This document shows, piece by piece, positions 49,469 through 63,700 of a DNA stretch of 64,000 nucleotides (its first letter is position 1; each line of letters begins with the position of its first letter). Both the position numbers and the translations under genes were made by a program. The notes below the pieces were generated by a model. The model did no database searches, was not told where the DNA came from, and saw only the letters and a list, made by a program, of their open reading frames with translations. This DNA is from Gammaproteobacteria bacterium (GTDB taxonomy: Bacteria; Pseudomonadota; Gammaproteobacteria; SZUA-140): the NCBI GenBank assembly GCA_016712635.1, contig JADJQS010000006.1:511216-575215 (forward strand), written 5' to 3'.

Positions 49469-49540
49469 TGAGGCGTGAGGCGAGAGGCGTGAGGGGTAAA
49501 TTCTTTTTTCCGCCTCACACCTCACTCCTGACGCCTCACC
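49467..49540. repeat. Compact heptamer-arm element copy M between fabH and fabD.
   Basis: tagtgaggcgtgaggcgagaggcgtgagg ggtaaattcttttttcc gcctcacacctcactcctgacgcctcacc. Confidence 0.8.
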
Positions 49541-49568
49541 GGTGAATAAAGAACATAACGGCTGATCG

Positions 49569-50528
49569 ATGGACACAGACAACGAAACAACGGCACTAAA
49601 ACGACTGGCCTTCGTCTTCCCCGGCCAGGGTTCCCAGTCAGTCGGGATGCTTGCGGAACTGGCCCAGGCCTATCCGGGCGTGAAGGAAACCTTCAAGGAG
49701 GCCTCCGCGGCGCTCGGTTACGACCTGTGGGAGCTGGTCCAGCAGGGGCCGGAGGCGGATCTCAACCGTACCGACCGCACTCAGCCTGCGATGCTCGCCG
49801 CGGGTGTCGCGGTGTGGCGTGTCTGGAACAGCAACGGCGGTGCGACGCCCGAGATACTCGCCGGACACAGCCTGGGTGAATACACCGCGCTGGTGTGCGC
49901 GGAGGCGCTGGATTTCGCGGACGCGATACGGCTGGTGGCGGACCGCGGCCGTTTCATGCAGGAGGCCGTGCCGCAGGGGCAGGGCGCCATGGCGGCCATC
50001 CTCGGTCTTGAGGATGCGCAGGTCGCCGCCGTATGCAGGAAGGCCGAGCAGGGTGAGGTGGTCACGGCGGTGAATTTCAACGCACCGGGCCAGGTCGTGA
50101 TCGCCGGAACCGCCGCCGCGGTCGAGCGCGCGGTCGCGCTGGCGCGCGAGGCCGGCGCAAAGCGCGCGATCACCCTGCCGGTCAGCGTGCCCTCGCATTG
50201 CGCGCTGATAAAGCCCGCGGCGGAGCAGATGCGGCAGGCACTCGCCAGGGTGCCGCTGCGGAAGCCCGCACTGCCGGTGCTGCACAACGCGGACGTCGCG
50301 ACCCACACCGAGGCCGACCGGATACGCGATGCGCTGGTCAGACAGCTGTACAGCCCGGTGCGCTGGGTCGAAACGGTGCGCGAGATGGAGAGCCGCGGCG
50401 TGAACAGTGTCATCGAATGCGGCCCCGGCAAGGTGCTCGTCGGCCTCAACAAGCGCATCGGACGCGAACTCGTCACACTCTCGGTATACGATCCGGATTC
50501 GCTGGAAGAGGCCTTGTCGGTGGTATGA
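49569..50528 (+). CDS. fabD: Malonyl-CoA:ACP transacylase.
   Basis: FVFPGQGSQ, GHSLGEY motifs. The exact start is uncertain. Confidence 0.9.
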   Translation: MDTDNETTALKRLAFVFPGQGSQSVGMLAELAQAYPGVKETFKEASAALGYDLWELVQQGPEADLNRTDRTQPAMLAAGVAVWRVWNSNGGATPEILAGHSLGEYTALVCAEALDFADAIRLVADRGRFMQEAVPQGQGAMAAILGLEDAQVAAVCRKAEQGEVVTAVNFNAPGQVVIAGTAAAVERAVALAREAGAKRAITLPVSVPSHCALIKPAAEQMRQALARVPLRKPALPVLHNADVATHTEADRIRDALVRQLYSPVRWVETVREMESRGVNSVIECGPGKVLVGLNKRIGRELVTLSVYDPDSLEEALSVV

Positions 50529-50631
50529 CCGCGAGACACCGCGGCTTCATGGGGCCAGGCCGCGGAGAGTCGAATCCCGGCCTGGCTGCCGGGGCTTAGC
50601 CGGCCGCCGCTTTTCTCTGAGGAGACATGAC

Positions 50632-51378
50632 GTGCAAGCATTGGTAAACGATATTGCGCTGGTGACCGGCGCCACGCGCGGGATCGGACGCGCCATCGCC
50701 GATGAACTGGGGCGCATGGGCGCAACCGTGATCGGCACCGCCACCACGGCGGATGGCGCTGAGAAGATAGGCGCGCACCTGAAGGCGAATTCCATCAAGG
50801 GTTGCGGCCTGGTACTGGACGTCAGGGACGCGGCCTCGATCGAAACGACACTGAAGATCGCCGCCGAGCGTTACGGTGATCCCGGCATACTGGTCAACAA
50901 CGCCGGTATCACGCGCGACAATCTCCTCGTGCGCATGAAGGACGAGGAGTGGGCGGAAATCATCGAGACCAACCTGAGCTCGGTATTCCGGCTCTCGAAG
51001 GCATGCCTTCGCGCGATGATGAAGGCGCGCAAGGGCCGCATCATCAACATCGCCTCGGTGGTGGCGCTGACCGGCAATCCGGGGCAGAGCAACTACGCCG
51101 CTTCCAAATCCGGCATCATCGGTTTCAGCAAATCGCTCGCGCGGGAGGTCGCCTCGCGCGGCATCACCGTCAACGTCGTCGCGCCCGGCTTCATCGACAC
51201 CGACATGACGCAGGCGCTCCCTGAGGCACAGCATGAAACGCTGCTGGCGCAGATCCCGCTCGGACGCCTGGGAAGGCCGGAAGACATAGGCGCAGCTGTG
51301 GGCTTCCTCGCCTCGCCGGGCGCCGCCTACATCACCGGCGAAACGCTGCACGTCAATGGCGGTATGTATATGTCATGA
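50632..51378 (+). CDS. fabG: 3-oxoacyl-ACP reductase.
   Basis: ALVTGATRGIGRAIA, NAG, YAASKSG motifs. GTG start 8 nt after GAGGAG. The long upstream extension in the ORF track is rejected. Confidence 0.9.
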   Translation: MQALVNDIALVTGATRGIGRAIADELGRMGATVIGTATTADGAEKIGAHLKANSIKGCGLVLDVRDAASIETTLKIAAERYGDPGILVNNAGITRDNLLVRMKDEEWAEIIETNLSSVFRLSKACLRAMMKARKGRIINIASVVALTGNPGQSNYAASKSGIIGFSKSLAREVASRGITVNVVAPGFIDTDMTQALPEAQHETLLAQIPLGRLGRPEDIGAAVGFLASPGAAYITGETLHVNGGMYMS

Positions 51379-51519
51379 TGGGTTTTTTTAGCCATATCAG
51401 GAGATTATCGGGTGGCTCCGGGGGCGTGTTTTTTCACTGGCATATCTCGGATCTTTCCAATAAAATAGCCGCTCGCAGCTACGGGCTACCATATTTTGTG
51501 TAGGGAGGAAATCAACACC

Positions 51520-51759
51520 ATGAGTAATATCGAAGAACGCGTCAAAAAGATCGTCATAAAGCAATTGGGAGTCAAGGAAGAAGAGGTCACCCGGGAAGCA
51601 TCCTTCGTCGACGATCTGGGCGCGGATTCTCTGGATACCGTAGAGCTGGTGATGGCCCTCGAAGAGGAATTCGAGTGCGAAATCCCCGATGAGGAAGCGG
51701 AGAAGATCACCACGGTGCAGCAGGCCATCGACTACATCACTAACCATCAAAAAGGATGA
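51520..51759 (+). CDS. acpP: Acyl carrier protein.
   Basis: [12 protein letters not shown]...[18 protein letters not shown]. Confidence 0.95.
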   Translation: MSNIEERVKKIVIKQLGVKEEEVTREASFVDDLGADSLDTVELVMALEEEFECEIPDEEAEKITTVQQAIDYITNHQKG

Positions 51760-52017
51760 TCATCCGCCGCAGGTCCGAAACCCGCGCGTACGCTGATGGA
51801 TGGCATCCTTGCAACCCCATCGAGGGTGCATCAGTAATCCTCACTTCGCATTGATGTTCAACTGGCTTGTCACCGGGCCTTTCACCACAGACATTCATAG
51901 CAAAATGGGCTGCGCCGGCACTGTCACCGCAGTTGTCCCGGTCGCGGCCCTGGTGGGCGTGATGTCCGCCGGGTACCCCTGGCGGACATTGCCTTCAATC
52001 GACAGGAAGCAGAACCC

Positions 52018-53262
52018 TTGAATACCAAACGTCGCGTCGTAATCACAGGGCTGGGCATGGTCGCGCCCGTCGGGCTCAGCGTGAACGAAAGCTGGGAGAA
52101 CATCCTGGCGGGCAGGAGCGGCATCGGACCGATCGATCGCTTCGACGTGTCCGCCTTTCCGACACGGATCGGCGGCGCGGTCAAGGGCTTCGAGCCTGCG
52201 GATTACATTCCGGCCAAGGACATCAAGAAGATGGACCCGTTCATCCATTACGGCGTCGCCGCAGGCGTGCAGGCGATCCGCGATGCGGGCCTGGAGGTGA
52301 CGGAACGGAACGCCCCCCGCATCGGCGTCGCGATCGGTTCCGGCATCGGCGGCCTGCCCGGCATCGAGAAGGGCTATGATGCCTATCAGAACGGCGGACC
52401 GCGCAAGATCTCCCCGTTCTTCGTGCCGAGCAACATCATCAACATGATCTCCGGCAACCTGTCCATCATGTATGGCATGAAAGGGCCGAATATCGCCATC
52501 GTCACCGCCTGCTCCACCGGCACGCACAGCATCGGCGAGGCCGGCCGCCTGATCGAGTACGGCGACGCCGACGTGATGGTGGCGGGCGGAGCGGAGATGG
52601 CCACATCACCGACCTGCCTGGGAGGATTCTGCGCCGCACGCGCATTGTCGAGCCGGAACGATGATCCCGTCGCGGCCAGCCGGCCGTGGGATCGCGACCG
52701 TGACGGTTTTGTGCTGAGCGACGGCGCCGGCGTCGTGGTGCTGGAGGAGTATGAACACGCCCGGGCGCGCGGCGCGCGCATCTACGCTGAACTGATCGGC
52801 TACGGCATGAGCGGCGATGCCTACCATATGACGTCGCCGCCGGAGAACGGCGAGGGCGCAATGCGCTGCATGCTGAACGCGCTGCGCAACGCCGGCCTCA
52901 ATCCTGACGCGGTGGATTACATCAACGCGCACGGCACCTCGACTCCGGCGGGCGACAAGGCGGAGACGCTGGCCGTCAAGACGGCCTTCGGCGCCCATGC
53001 CGCGCGCGTCGCCGTCAGCTCCACCAAGTCGATGACCGGCCATCTGCTCGGTGCTGCCGGTGGCATCGAGGCCATCTTTTCAGTACTCGCAATCCGCGAC
53101 CAGGTCGCACCGCCGACCATCAACCTCGACAATCCCGATCCCGACTGCGACCTGGACTACGTGCCGCACGTGGCGCGTCCGATGAAGATCGACGTCGCGA
53201 TCTCGAATTCCTTCGGCTTCGGCGGCACAAACGCGACCCTGGTGTTCAGGAAGCCGGGCTAG
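52018..53262 (+). CDS. fabF: 3-oxoacyl-ACP synthase II.
   Basis: [42 protein letters not shown]. Confidence 0.9.
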   Translation: MNTKRRVVITGLGMVAPVGLSVNESWENILAGRSGIGPIDRFDVSAFPTRIGGAVKGFEPADYIPAKDIKKMDPFIHYGVAAGVQAIRDAGLEVTERNAPRIGVAIGSGIGGLPGIEKGYDAYQNGGPRKISPFFVPSNIINMISGNLSIMYGMKGPNIAIVTACSTGTHSIGEAGRLIEYGDADVMVAGGAEMATSPTCLGGFCAARALSSRNDDPVAASRPWDRDRDGFVLSDGAGVVVLEEYEHARARGARIYAELIGYGMSGDAYHMTSPPENGEGAMRCMLNALRNAGLNPDAVDYINAHGTSTPAGDKAETLAVKTAFGAHAARVAVSSTKSMTGHLLGAAGGIEAIFSVLAIRDQVAPPTINLDNPDPDCDLDYVPHVARPMKIDVAISNSFGFGGTNATLVFRKPG

Positions 53263-53298
53263 ACCGCCGGCGCAGTCCGCCTTTCGCCATCGGTCCGC

Positions 53299-54741
53299 GT
53301 GAACTCAATGGTGAGCAAGGCAAACCGGGACCTGCGCGATGGCACCGCGCATCCGCGCATCTCCGCCGATGGTGATGCGGTGGAGATATACCGCCTCGAG
53401 GATTTCCCCGATCTTCTGCCCTTGCACGAGGCGCATCCGGAGCGTTATCCCTGCCTGCTGGAGAGCGTCAGCCACGGCACGCCCTCGGCGCGCTTCGATA
53501 TCCTGTTCGCCGCGGTAGACGAACGCCTGACCCTGCATCGGGACGGCCTGACGGCGCATGGCGTCGCCGCCGAAGGCGGGGATTTCCTCGTCCGGCTCGA
53601 TCACTGGTGGCAGCAGCAGCGGAGGCCCCAGGACGTCCACGCGGAGCTCCCTTTCACCGGCGGCTGGTTCGTGTTCCTGGGCTACGAGCTGGCCACGCGG
53701 ATCGAACCCCGGCTGGCCGGTCTCCCTCCCCCGGACGGAGACCTTCCGCTCGCCGCGGCGATACGTTGTCCAGGCGCACTGATACGCGACCATGCGGCGG
53801 GCTGCACCTATCTCGTGGCGGAGGCTGGCCACGCCGGATTGTCCACGCGGATGCTGAACGATCTCGCGGCCGGCGCTGTGCCTGCCGGAGCACCGCCGGC
53901 CTGGAACGCCGACCTGCAGGAAGACGACCCCGGCTGCTTTCTGTCCGGCGTCGAACGCATCAAGCGCTATATCGTCGACGGCGACGTATTCCAGGTCAAT
54001 TTGTCACGCGCCTGGACAGGGGACATCGATCAGGCCGTCAGCGATGCGGCCATCTACCGCCGCCTGCGGTGGAGCAATCCGGCGCCGTTTTCGGCCATCG
54101 CTCGCGTCGACGCGACGACGATCATCTGCTCCTCGCCCGAGCGGCTGTTCAGCGTCCGGGGCGACTGCATCGAAACCCGGCCGATCGCCGGCACCCATCC
54201 GCGCGGCAAGGACCCGGACAGCGACGCCGCGCTCTCGCGCCGCCTGATGCAGCATCCGAAGGAGCGTGCCGAACACATCATGCTGATCGATCTCGAGCGT
54301 AACGACCTCGGCCGCGTGTGCCGACCGGGCAGCGTGCGGGTCAGCGAGCTGATGACGCTGGAGTCGTACGCCCATGTTCACCATATCGTCTCGAACGTCG
54401 TCGGCACGCTGGATGTTCGCGCGACGCCAGGCGACGTGATCCGCGCCGTCTTCCCCGGCGGCACCATCACCGGGTGCCCGAAAATACGCTGCATGGAGAT
54501 CATCGGCGAGATTGAACAATGCGCGCGCGGCGCGTATACCGGGTCGATCGGTTACCTGGACACCAACGGCAATATGGACTTCAATATCCTGATCCGCACG
54601 CTCATGCGCCGGAACGGCCGCATCACCCTGCGCGCCGGCGCCGGCATCGTCGCCGATTCCGACCCGGAGCGCGAGCTGGCCGAGACCCGCGCCAAGGCAC
54701 GCGGCCTGCTGCGCGCCCTCGCCGCGGAGGAGAGCAGATGA
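53299..54741 (+). CDS. pabB: Aminodeoxychorismate synthase component I (anthranilate-synthase-like chorismate-binding enzyme).
   Basis: C-terminal chorismate-binding domain motifs (PGGTITGCPKIRCMEII, GAYTGSIGY). Co-located with pabC. Confidence 0.75.
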   Translation: MNSMVSKANRDLRDGTAHPRISADGDAVEIYRLEDFPDLLPLHEAHPERYPCLLESVSHGTPSARFDILFAAVDERLTLHRDGLTAHGVAAEGGDFLVRLDHWWQQQRRPQDVHAELPFTGGWFVFLGYELATRIEPRLAGLPPPDGDLPLAAAIRCPGALIRDHAAGCTYLVAEAGHAGLSTRMLNDLAAGAVPAGAPPAWNADLQEDDPGCFLSGVERIKRYIVDGDVFQVNLSRAWTGDIDQAVSDAAIYRRLRWSNPAPFSAIARVDATTIICSSPERLFSVRGDCIETRPIAGTHPRGKDPDSDAALSRRLMQHPKERAEHIMLIDLERNDLGRVCRPGSVRVSELMTLESYAHVHHIVSNVVGTLDVRATPGDVIRAVFPGGTITGCPKIRCMEIIGEIEQCARGAYTGSIGYLDTNGNMDFNILIRTLMRRNGRITLRAGAGIVADSDPERELAETRAKARGLLRALAAEESR

Positions 54742-55609
54742 CTCCGTCGAGCCTGATCAACGGGCGGCCGGGAAACAGCGTCGACGTACGTGATCGGGGC
54801 CTGCTGTACGGCGACGGTCTGTTCGACACGCTGGCGGTGAGGGACGGCCGGCCGCAGCTCTGGGAGCGACACATGGGGCGCCTGCTGGAAGGCTGCCAAC
54901 GGCTGCGGCTCACGCCGGCGGAACCGTCCCTGCTGCGCGCAGAGGCCGACGCGCTCTGCGCGGACGCGGCGCGGGGAGTCCTGAAGATCGTGCTGACGCG
55001 CGGTCCCGGCGCGCGCGGTTACCGCTTCGATGCCGGCGCGCCCGGGACGCGGATCCTGACGCTGTCGGCGGCGGCAGATTATCCCGTCCGGCATTACCGC
55101 GACGGCATCGCCGTGCGCCTGTGCACGACCCGGCTCGGCTGCAACCCGGCGCTCGCCGGGATCAAGCATCTGAACCGCCTCGAGCAGGTGCTGGCCCGCG
55201 CCGAGTGGAACGACCCGGACATCGCCGAAGGCCTGATGCTCGATGCGGGCGGCCACATCATCGAGGGCACCATGAGCAACCTTTTTGCTGTGCTGGACGG
55301 AGTCCTCGTCACGCCTCGCCTCGACGAATGCGGCGTGGCCGGCGTCATGCGCGACATCATCATCGAGTGGGCTCATACCAGCGGACTGCCCGTGGCGGAA
55401 CGCCACCTGGTCGACGGCGATCTGCGGCGCACCAAGGAGGTATTCCTGTGCAACAGCCTGATCGGTGTGTGGCCGGTGCGGCTCATCGATGACATCGCAT
55501 TGCATCCCGGGCCGATCGCGGCGCGTGTCGCCGCCGCGGTCGGCGCCATAAGCCTGATGCCCGCGGCAGTGTTACAGGACGCGGATGCCGCCTGGCCCGC
55601 CGGAGAGGA

Positions 55610-55613
<4 letters not shown>
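54738..55613 (+). CDS. pabC: Aminodeoxychorismate lyase (fold-type IV PLP enzyme).
   Basis: LLYGDGLFDT. Start ATG overlaps the pabB stop (ATGA). The ORF-track upstream extension is rejected. Confidence 0.75.
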
Positions 55614-58274
<2,661 letters not shown>

Positions 58275-58324
58275 TTCACTGGATATTTATCCTATATCAT
58301 ATTGATTAATAAGTTATTTATAAT

Positions 58325-58705
58325 ATGAGCGACGCATCAGGAGCAAGTGAGCACCACGCCGCAGGCGCCCCGCGCCAGGGCATCCTCTCCCTGGCCATCA
58401 AGGACAAGGGCTCACTCTATTCCGCGTACATCCCCTTCTTCAAGGGTGGTGGCATCTTCATCCCGACGAACAAGAACTACGCCCTCGGCGACGAGGTGTT
58501 CATGCTGCTCACCCTGATGGAAGAGACTGAAAAGATGCCGGTGGTCGGCCGGGTGGCGTGGATCAACCCCAAGGGTGCGCAGGGTCACTTCGTACCCGGC
58601 ATCGGCGTGCAGTTCACCGACAAGGACGGCGAGGCGGTGCGGAACAAGATCGAGACCTACCTGGCGGGCGCGTTGAAATCCGACCGCATGACCCATACCA
58701 TGTAG
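58325..58705 (+). CDS. pilZ: Type IV pilus assembly PilZ protein (PilZ domain).
   Basis: 126 aa. Conserved holB-pilZ-tatD context as in Pseudomonas. Confidence 0.75.
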   Translation: MSDASGASEHHAAGAPRQGILSLAIKDKGSLYSAYIPFFKGGGIFIPTNKNYALGDEVFMLLTLMEETEKMPVVGRVAWINPKGAQGHFVPGIGVQFTDKDGEAVRNKIETYLAGALKSDRMTHTM

Positions 58706-58796
58706 CCTGATGAAGTGCAGGGCGGGTCATGACCGCCCCGGCCCTCAGGCTCATCCCTTCAAGACTGCGGAATATCCTCCAACCGGAACGAGGCCG

Positions 58797-59588
58797 ATGC
58801 TGCTCGTCGACTCCCATTGCCATCTGGACCTGCTCGACCTGCCCCAGCTCGGCGGAAGCCTTGACGCCGTCATCGACAACGCGCGCACGAACGCAGTGGG
58901 GCGGATGCTGTGCGTATCCATCACGCTGGAGGATTTTCCCCGCGTGCTGGCGCTCGCGAACGCGCGCGAGCATGTCTACGCATCGGTCGGGGTGCACCCC
59001 AACGAACGCGACGGCAAGGAACCCTCGGTAGAGGATCTGGTCGGCATCGCAAGCGCGGAACGCAAGGTGATCGCCATCGGCGAGACCGGGCTGGACTATT
59101 TTCGCGGCAGCGGCGACATGGGCTGGCAGCGCGAGCGCTTTCGCCGGCATATCGCTGCCGCGCGGCGGACCGGCCTGCCGCTCATCATCCACATGCGCGA
59201 CGCCACTGCTGATACCCTCGACATCCTGCGCGAGGAGGACAGTGCCGGCGTCAAAGGCGTCATGCACTGTTTCACCGGTGACCTCGCCACAGCGCTGGCG
59301 GCGATCGAGCTCGGTTTCTACATCTCGTTTTCCGGCATCGTCACCTTCAACAGCGCGGCGGACCTGCGCGCGGTCGCGGCGAGCATTCCCGAGGAATATC
59401 TGCTGGTCGAAACGGATTCGCCCTATCTGGCGCCGGTGCCGCACCGCGGCAAGCCCAATCAGCCGGGCTACGTGCGTTTCGTCGCGGAGTGCATCGCCGG
59501 TTTGCGCGGTGTTCCGGTGGAACGGATCGCGCAGGTCACCACGGAGAATTTCGCCCGTCTGTTCAATGTCAGGATTGTGGATGCCTGA
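58797..59588 (+). CDS. tatD: TatD-family metal-dependent DNase / hydrolase.
   Basis: MLLVDSHCHL start motif, GEIGLDY-like GETGLDYF. The ORF-track N-terminal extension is rejected. Confidence 0.85.
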   Translation: MLLVDSHCHLDLLDLPQLGGSLDAVIDNARTNAVGRMLCVSITLEDFPRVLALANAREHVYASVGVHPNERDGKEPSVEDLVGIASAERKVIAIGETGLDYFRGSGDMGWQRERFRRHIAAARRTGLPLIIHMRDATADTLDILREEDSAGVKGVMHCFTGDLATALAAIELGFYISFSGIVTFNSAADLRAVAASIPEEYLLVETDSPYLAPVPHRGKPNQPGYVRFVAECIAGLRGVPVERIAQVTTENFARLFNVRIVDA

Positions 59589-59601
59589 GTACCGCTCCCG
59601 T

Positions 59602-60744
59602 TCAGCCCGCCTCCAACGCCATCCGCATGGCATTTGCAAGGGCCTCCCGCCGCGTATAGAAATGCGGCGAGAAACGGATGCCGCCTCCGCGCATGGCGCA
59701 GACGACGCCCCGCTCGCGCAGCCCCCGGTAAAGCTGCGGCGTCGGAAGGGAGCGATGCAGGAAGGTGACGATACCCGAGCGGCGGGCCGGGTCCCGATCG
59801 GATATCAGCTCCAGAATTCCAGGATTGTCTTCAATGAAGTCGATCATGTAGGCACTATTATTCAACACCTTTCCTGATACCGTCTCCAGCCCGATCTCGA
59901 ACAGCAGAGAGAGGCTCGCCTGCAGTCCGTGGATGCCGAGGAGGTTCGGACTGCCGCATTCGAAACGCCGCGCGGAACGGGCAGGCACCCAGTCCTCCCG
60001 CTCGTAATCGCCCGCATCCTCGACCATACGCCAGCCGAACTGCCTCAGGGCAAGCCGCTCGCGCAGGGCGGGGCGTACGTATAGCAACGCAACGCCTTCG
60101 GGACCCAGCATCCATTTATGGCCGTCGGCCGCGACAAAGTCCGCACGCACGGTATCCAGGTCGAATTCCAGCGCACCGAGGCTCTGGATTGCATCAATGC
60201 AGAACAGGATGTCGTGTCGCCGACAGAACTCACCGATACGCACGAGATCCATGCGCAGGCCCGTCGAGTACTGGACCGAACTCACCGCGATCAGGCGCGT
60301 GCGGCTGTCCACGAGCTCGAACAAGGCATCCTCGGCGGATTTTTCCCGGGTTGGCGCGGCCCGGCGCAATTCCACACCTTGCGGCTCCAGGGATTGCCAG
60401 ACGATGCGGTTCGAGGGAAATTCCTGGTCTGTGGTAACAATGTTGTCGCCTCTGCGCCAGGTCAGTCCGTGAGCGACGACGGACAGCCCTTCCGAGGTAT
60501 TTTTCAGGAGCGCGATATCCTCGGGTGCTCCTGCGTTGATCAGCCGGCACATCTGCAGGCGCAGCTCCTGCTCCGTGCGCAACCATCGTTCGTAGGCGGG
60601 TGCGGATCCCGACAGGTTCTCGTCCGCGAAGCGGGTCACCGCGATGACGGCTCGCCTCGGCCAGGGTGACACACCGGCATGATTCAGATGAATGCTGGCA
60701 TCTTCAGCCGTGAATTCGCCTTCCAGGAGCGGATCGTTATCCAT
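59602..60744 (-). CDS. Class V aminotransferase-fold PLP enzyme (cysteine-desulfurase / isopenicillin-N-epimerase-like).
   Basis: 380 aa. HLNHAGVSPWP N-terminus and a PLP-Lys region (ADGHKWMLGPEG). Confidence 0.7.
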   Translation of the reverse strand: MDNDPLLEGEFTAEDASIHLNHAGVSPWPRRAVIAVTRFADENLSGSAPAYERWLRTEQELRLQMCRLINAGAPEDIALLKNTSEGLSVVAHGLTWRRGDNIVTTDQEFPSNRIVWQSLEPQGVELRRAAPTREKSAEDALFELVDSRTRLIAVSSVQYSTGLRMDLVRIGEFCRRHDILFCIDAIQSLGALEFDLDTVRADFVAADGHKWMLGPEGVALLYVRPALRERLALRQFGWRMVEDAGDYEREDWVPARSARRFECGSPNLLGIHGLQASLSLLFEIGLETVSGKVLNNSAYMIDFIEDNPGILELISDRDPARRSGIVTFLHRSLPTPQLYRGLRERGVVCAMRGGGIRFSPHFYTRREALANAMRMALEAG

Positions 60745-60776
60745 GGAATCATGTCATTGTCGTGCGTCGCACTCTG

Positions 60777-63700
60777 TTATTGCGATACATCGAATTCGCG
60801 CTCGCGGTTACCGTATGCGGCGGCAAAATCGCCGGCCTGTTTCATCAGCTTGCGCAGGCAGGTTGCCGCGCGCTCGTATTCCACACCGTCGGCGAGGAGT
60901 TTTTCCGCCTCGAGCACAGTGCGGGAAAGCTCAGATAATCCGAAGTAGCAGACCACACCCTTCATTTCATGAATGATTGAATGCAGTTCCTCGGATAATC
61001 CGTTGCGCAGCGCAAAATCCAGGCGTTCGCTCATCTCAACGAGCGAGGCGGCGAGCGCCGGCAGCATCTTGGTATTGTCCAGCACCTGCGGCCTGTAACG
61101 CACCACAGGTTGCGCCCCGTCACCCGATGTATCCGGAGGTACCGCCTGCGCAGTGCGCAATGAGCTGATCAATCTCCACAGCTTATCCTCGTTGAGCGGT
61201 TTCAGCAGACAGGCGTCAATGCCGCAACTCGCCAGGTTATCCGGCGTGTCGAAGAAGATATCCGCGGTCAGCGCGATTATCGGCATGGATCTATACTCGG
61301 GTTTCACGGCGCGGATGCGCCGCGCCGTTTCGCTGCCGTCCATGCCGGGCAGGTGTATATCCAGTATGGCGAGATCGTAGTATCCCTCCCGGGCCCGCTC
61401 GAGCGCCATCATGCCGTCGTCAACCTGGCTGACGACCAGCCCGCGGGTTTCCAGCACTGCAGTGATCAGCGCACTGTTGAACTCGTTATCCTCTGCGAGC
61501 AGGACACGGACGCCTTCGTAGCAACGGTTGTCATCAGGACCGCTCAGCGCCGGAGGAATCGGTCGCGCCACCTCCACGTCGAGCAGCCTGCATACATTGT
61601 AATAGAGTGCGTCGCGGCAGACGGGCTTCTCCATCACAGTCATTGCACTGCCATGGGGCGCATCCAGGTTCTTCATGTCCTGGCGATTCACCTGCAAGAG
61701 CAGCGGGATGTCATAGTTGTCCCGAATGATTCCCAGCAAAATATTTAATCCGATCGCACCAGGGGCACCCCCCAGGATACCCGCGCCGATGACTATCAGA
61801 TCATAGGGTTCGCCCGCAGCATTCGCCTCGTCGATCATCGTCTTCATCTGGCAGCGTGACCGGGCAAGGTAGATGTTCATCGACCACCCCAGCAGCAGGC
61901 CGCGGGTTGCTTTCAGGGCAGGCTGGTGGTCGTCATATACCAGCACCTTCCTGCCGCGGATCCTGTCATCGACGGGGAAGTCGTCCATCAGCTCCTGTTT
62001 GCGGCAATTGAGCGTGAAACAGAACCGTGACCCCTTGCCTGGCGCGCTCTCCACGGCAAGCTTACCTCCCCATAGTTCAACCACCCTGGATACTATGGAA
62101 AGACCGAGCCCGGTACCTCCGTAGCGGCGCGCAATGGATGCATCCCCCTGGTGGAATGCGTTGAATATATTTTTCACCGCATCCTGCGACATGCCGATTC
62201 CGGTGTCACTGACGCATAGCTCAATAACTGCGTAGTCACCTTGATCGTCTTTCGTTGAGACATGGACATCGACATATCCGGAATCGGTGAACTTGATCGC
62301 ATTGCTCAGGAGATTGAAAAGGACCTGGTTGATCCGGTTCGGGTCTCCGATGAGTTTCGTCGGAACGTCGGAATCGATCAGCAGTGAAAGCTCGATCCTC
62401 TTGTCGCCAGATTCCGAGCTCATCATTCTGATAACGTCCTCGAAATCGGCGCGCAGGTCGAACGGGACCTGTTCCAGCTGCACTGTGCCGGATTCCAGTT
62501 TTGAAAAACTCAGAATATCGTCAATGATGCGCTTCAGTTGTTCCGAGGCATGGCTGATAATTCGTGTGCACTCGCGGATCGCATCACCGTCCACTCCCGC
62601 ACCCAGTATCGATTCCATCTTCGAGGTATAACCGATGATCGAACTCAAGGGAGTCCTGATTTCGTGGCTCATGTTGGCGAGGAATACCGCCTTGTTACGC
62701 CCGGCATCGAGGGCCTCCTTGCGGGACTGATCGAGTTCGTGATTCTTTTCCCGCAGCGAGGTTATGGTATTCTTCAGCTGCTGTGACAACTTCTTGAACT
62801 CGGTGATGTCCTGTAACAGGCCGATCAGATGCGGTGAGGGCGCCTCGTTGGACCTGACATAACAGTAAAACCAGTGGTAACCCGCATCCTTCATCTCCCA
62901 GCGATATTCGAATTCATGCTGACCTGAGCTTTGAATTTCAGCCAGACCGGACAACACCTGATCCCTGTCGTCGGGGTGTATCCTGTCTATCCAGAGCGAG
63001 GCATCGTTTGTGAATTCCGGCGCATCGAAGCCCGTGATCTGCTTCACGCTCTGGGTCATGAAGAAGATCCTGTGGTGACCGGACAGCTCAGCGTGGAATA
63101 CGGCGACAGGCAATGATTCCAGCAGGAGCGACAGCTTGTTGGTGGCGTTCCTGATCTCTTCCTGAAGGTGTATTTGCGAGCGTTCCATGGCCGCGGCCAT
63201 GTCATTGAAGCCGTTCTCGAGCGCACCGATTTCACCTCCGGATGCGCATTTCACCCGGGTATCAAGCCCGCCTTTTCGGATACTGTCCACCGCACGGCTC
63301 AATTGCATGATCGGGAGCACGATGCCTTTCCCCATCCAGAAGGCCAGCAGTGCGCAGAGGAGGGAGGACCCGAGAGTCAGCAGGATGATGTTCTGTACAA
63401 TCTCCCGCTGGCGGGCGAGGGTCTCCGCGCGGGAGAGCCTCAGTTCGACCCAGCCGATGATCCGATCCCGCGCCAGCGCGGAATCGGTGTCCTCCCTGTA
63501 TTGTTCCGCATTGTCTGAGATCGCAACTCCCGAGCGGTAGACCGGGGCGACGAAGCGCAGAAGGAGATGATCCTTCTGCGACTCCTTGAGAAAGAACCTG
63601 TCCGGGTCAGCGGCACCCGCATAGGTGAGTATCTCCCTGTCGGCGTTCAGCACACTCACATCGTATACATCATCTTCCCGGGCGGCGATCCCTGTGAGTT

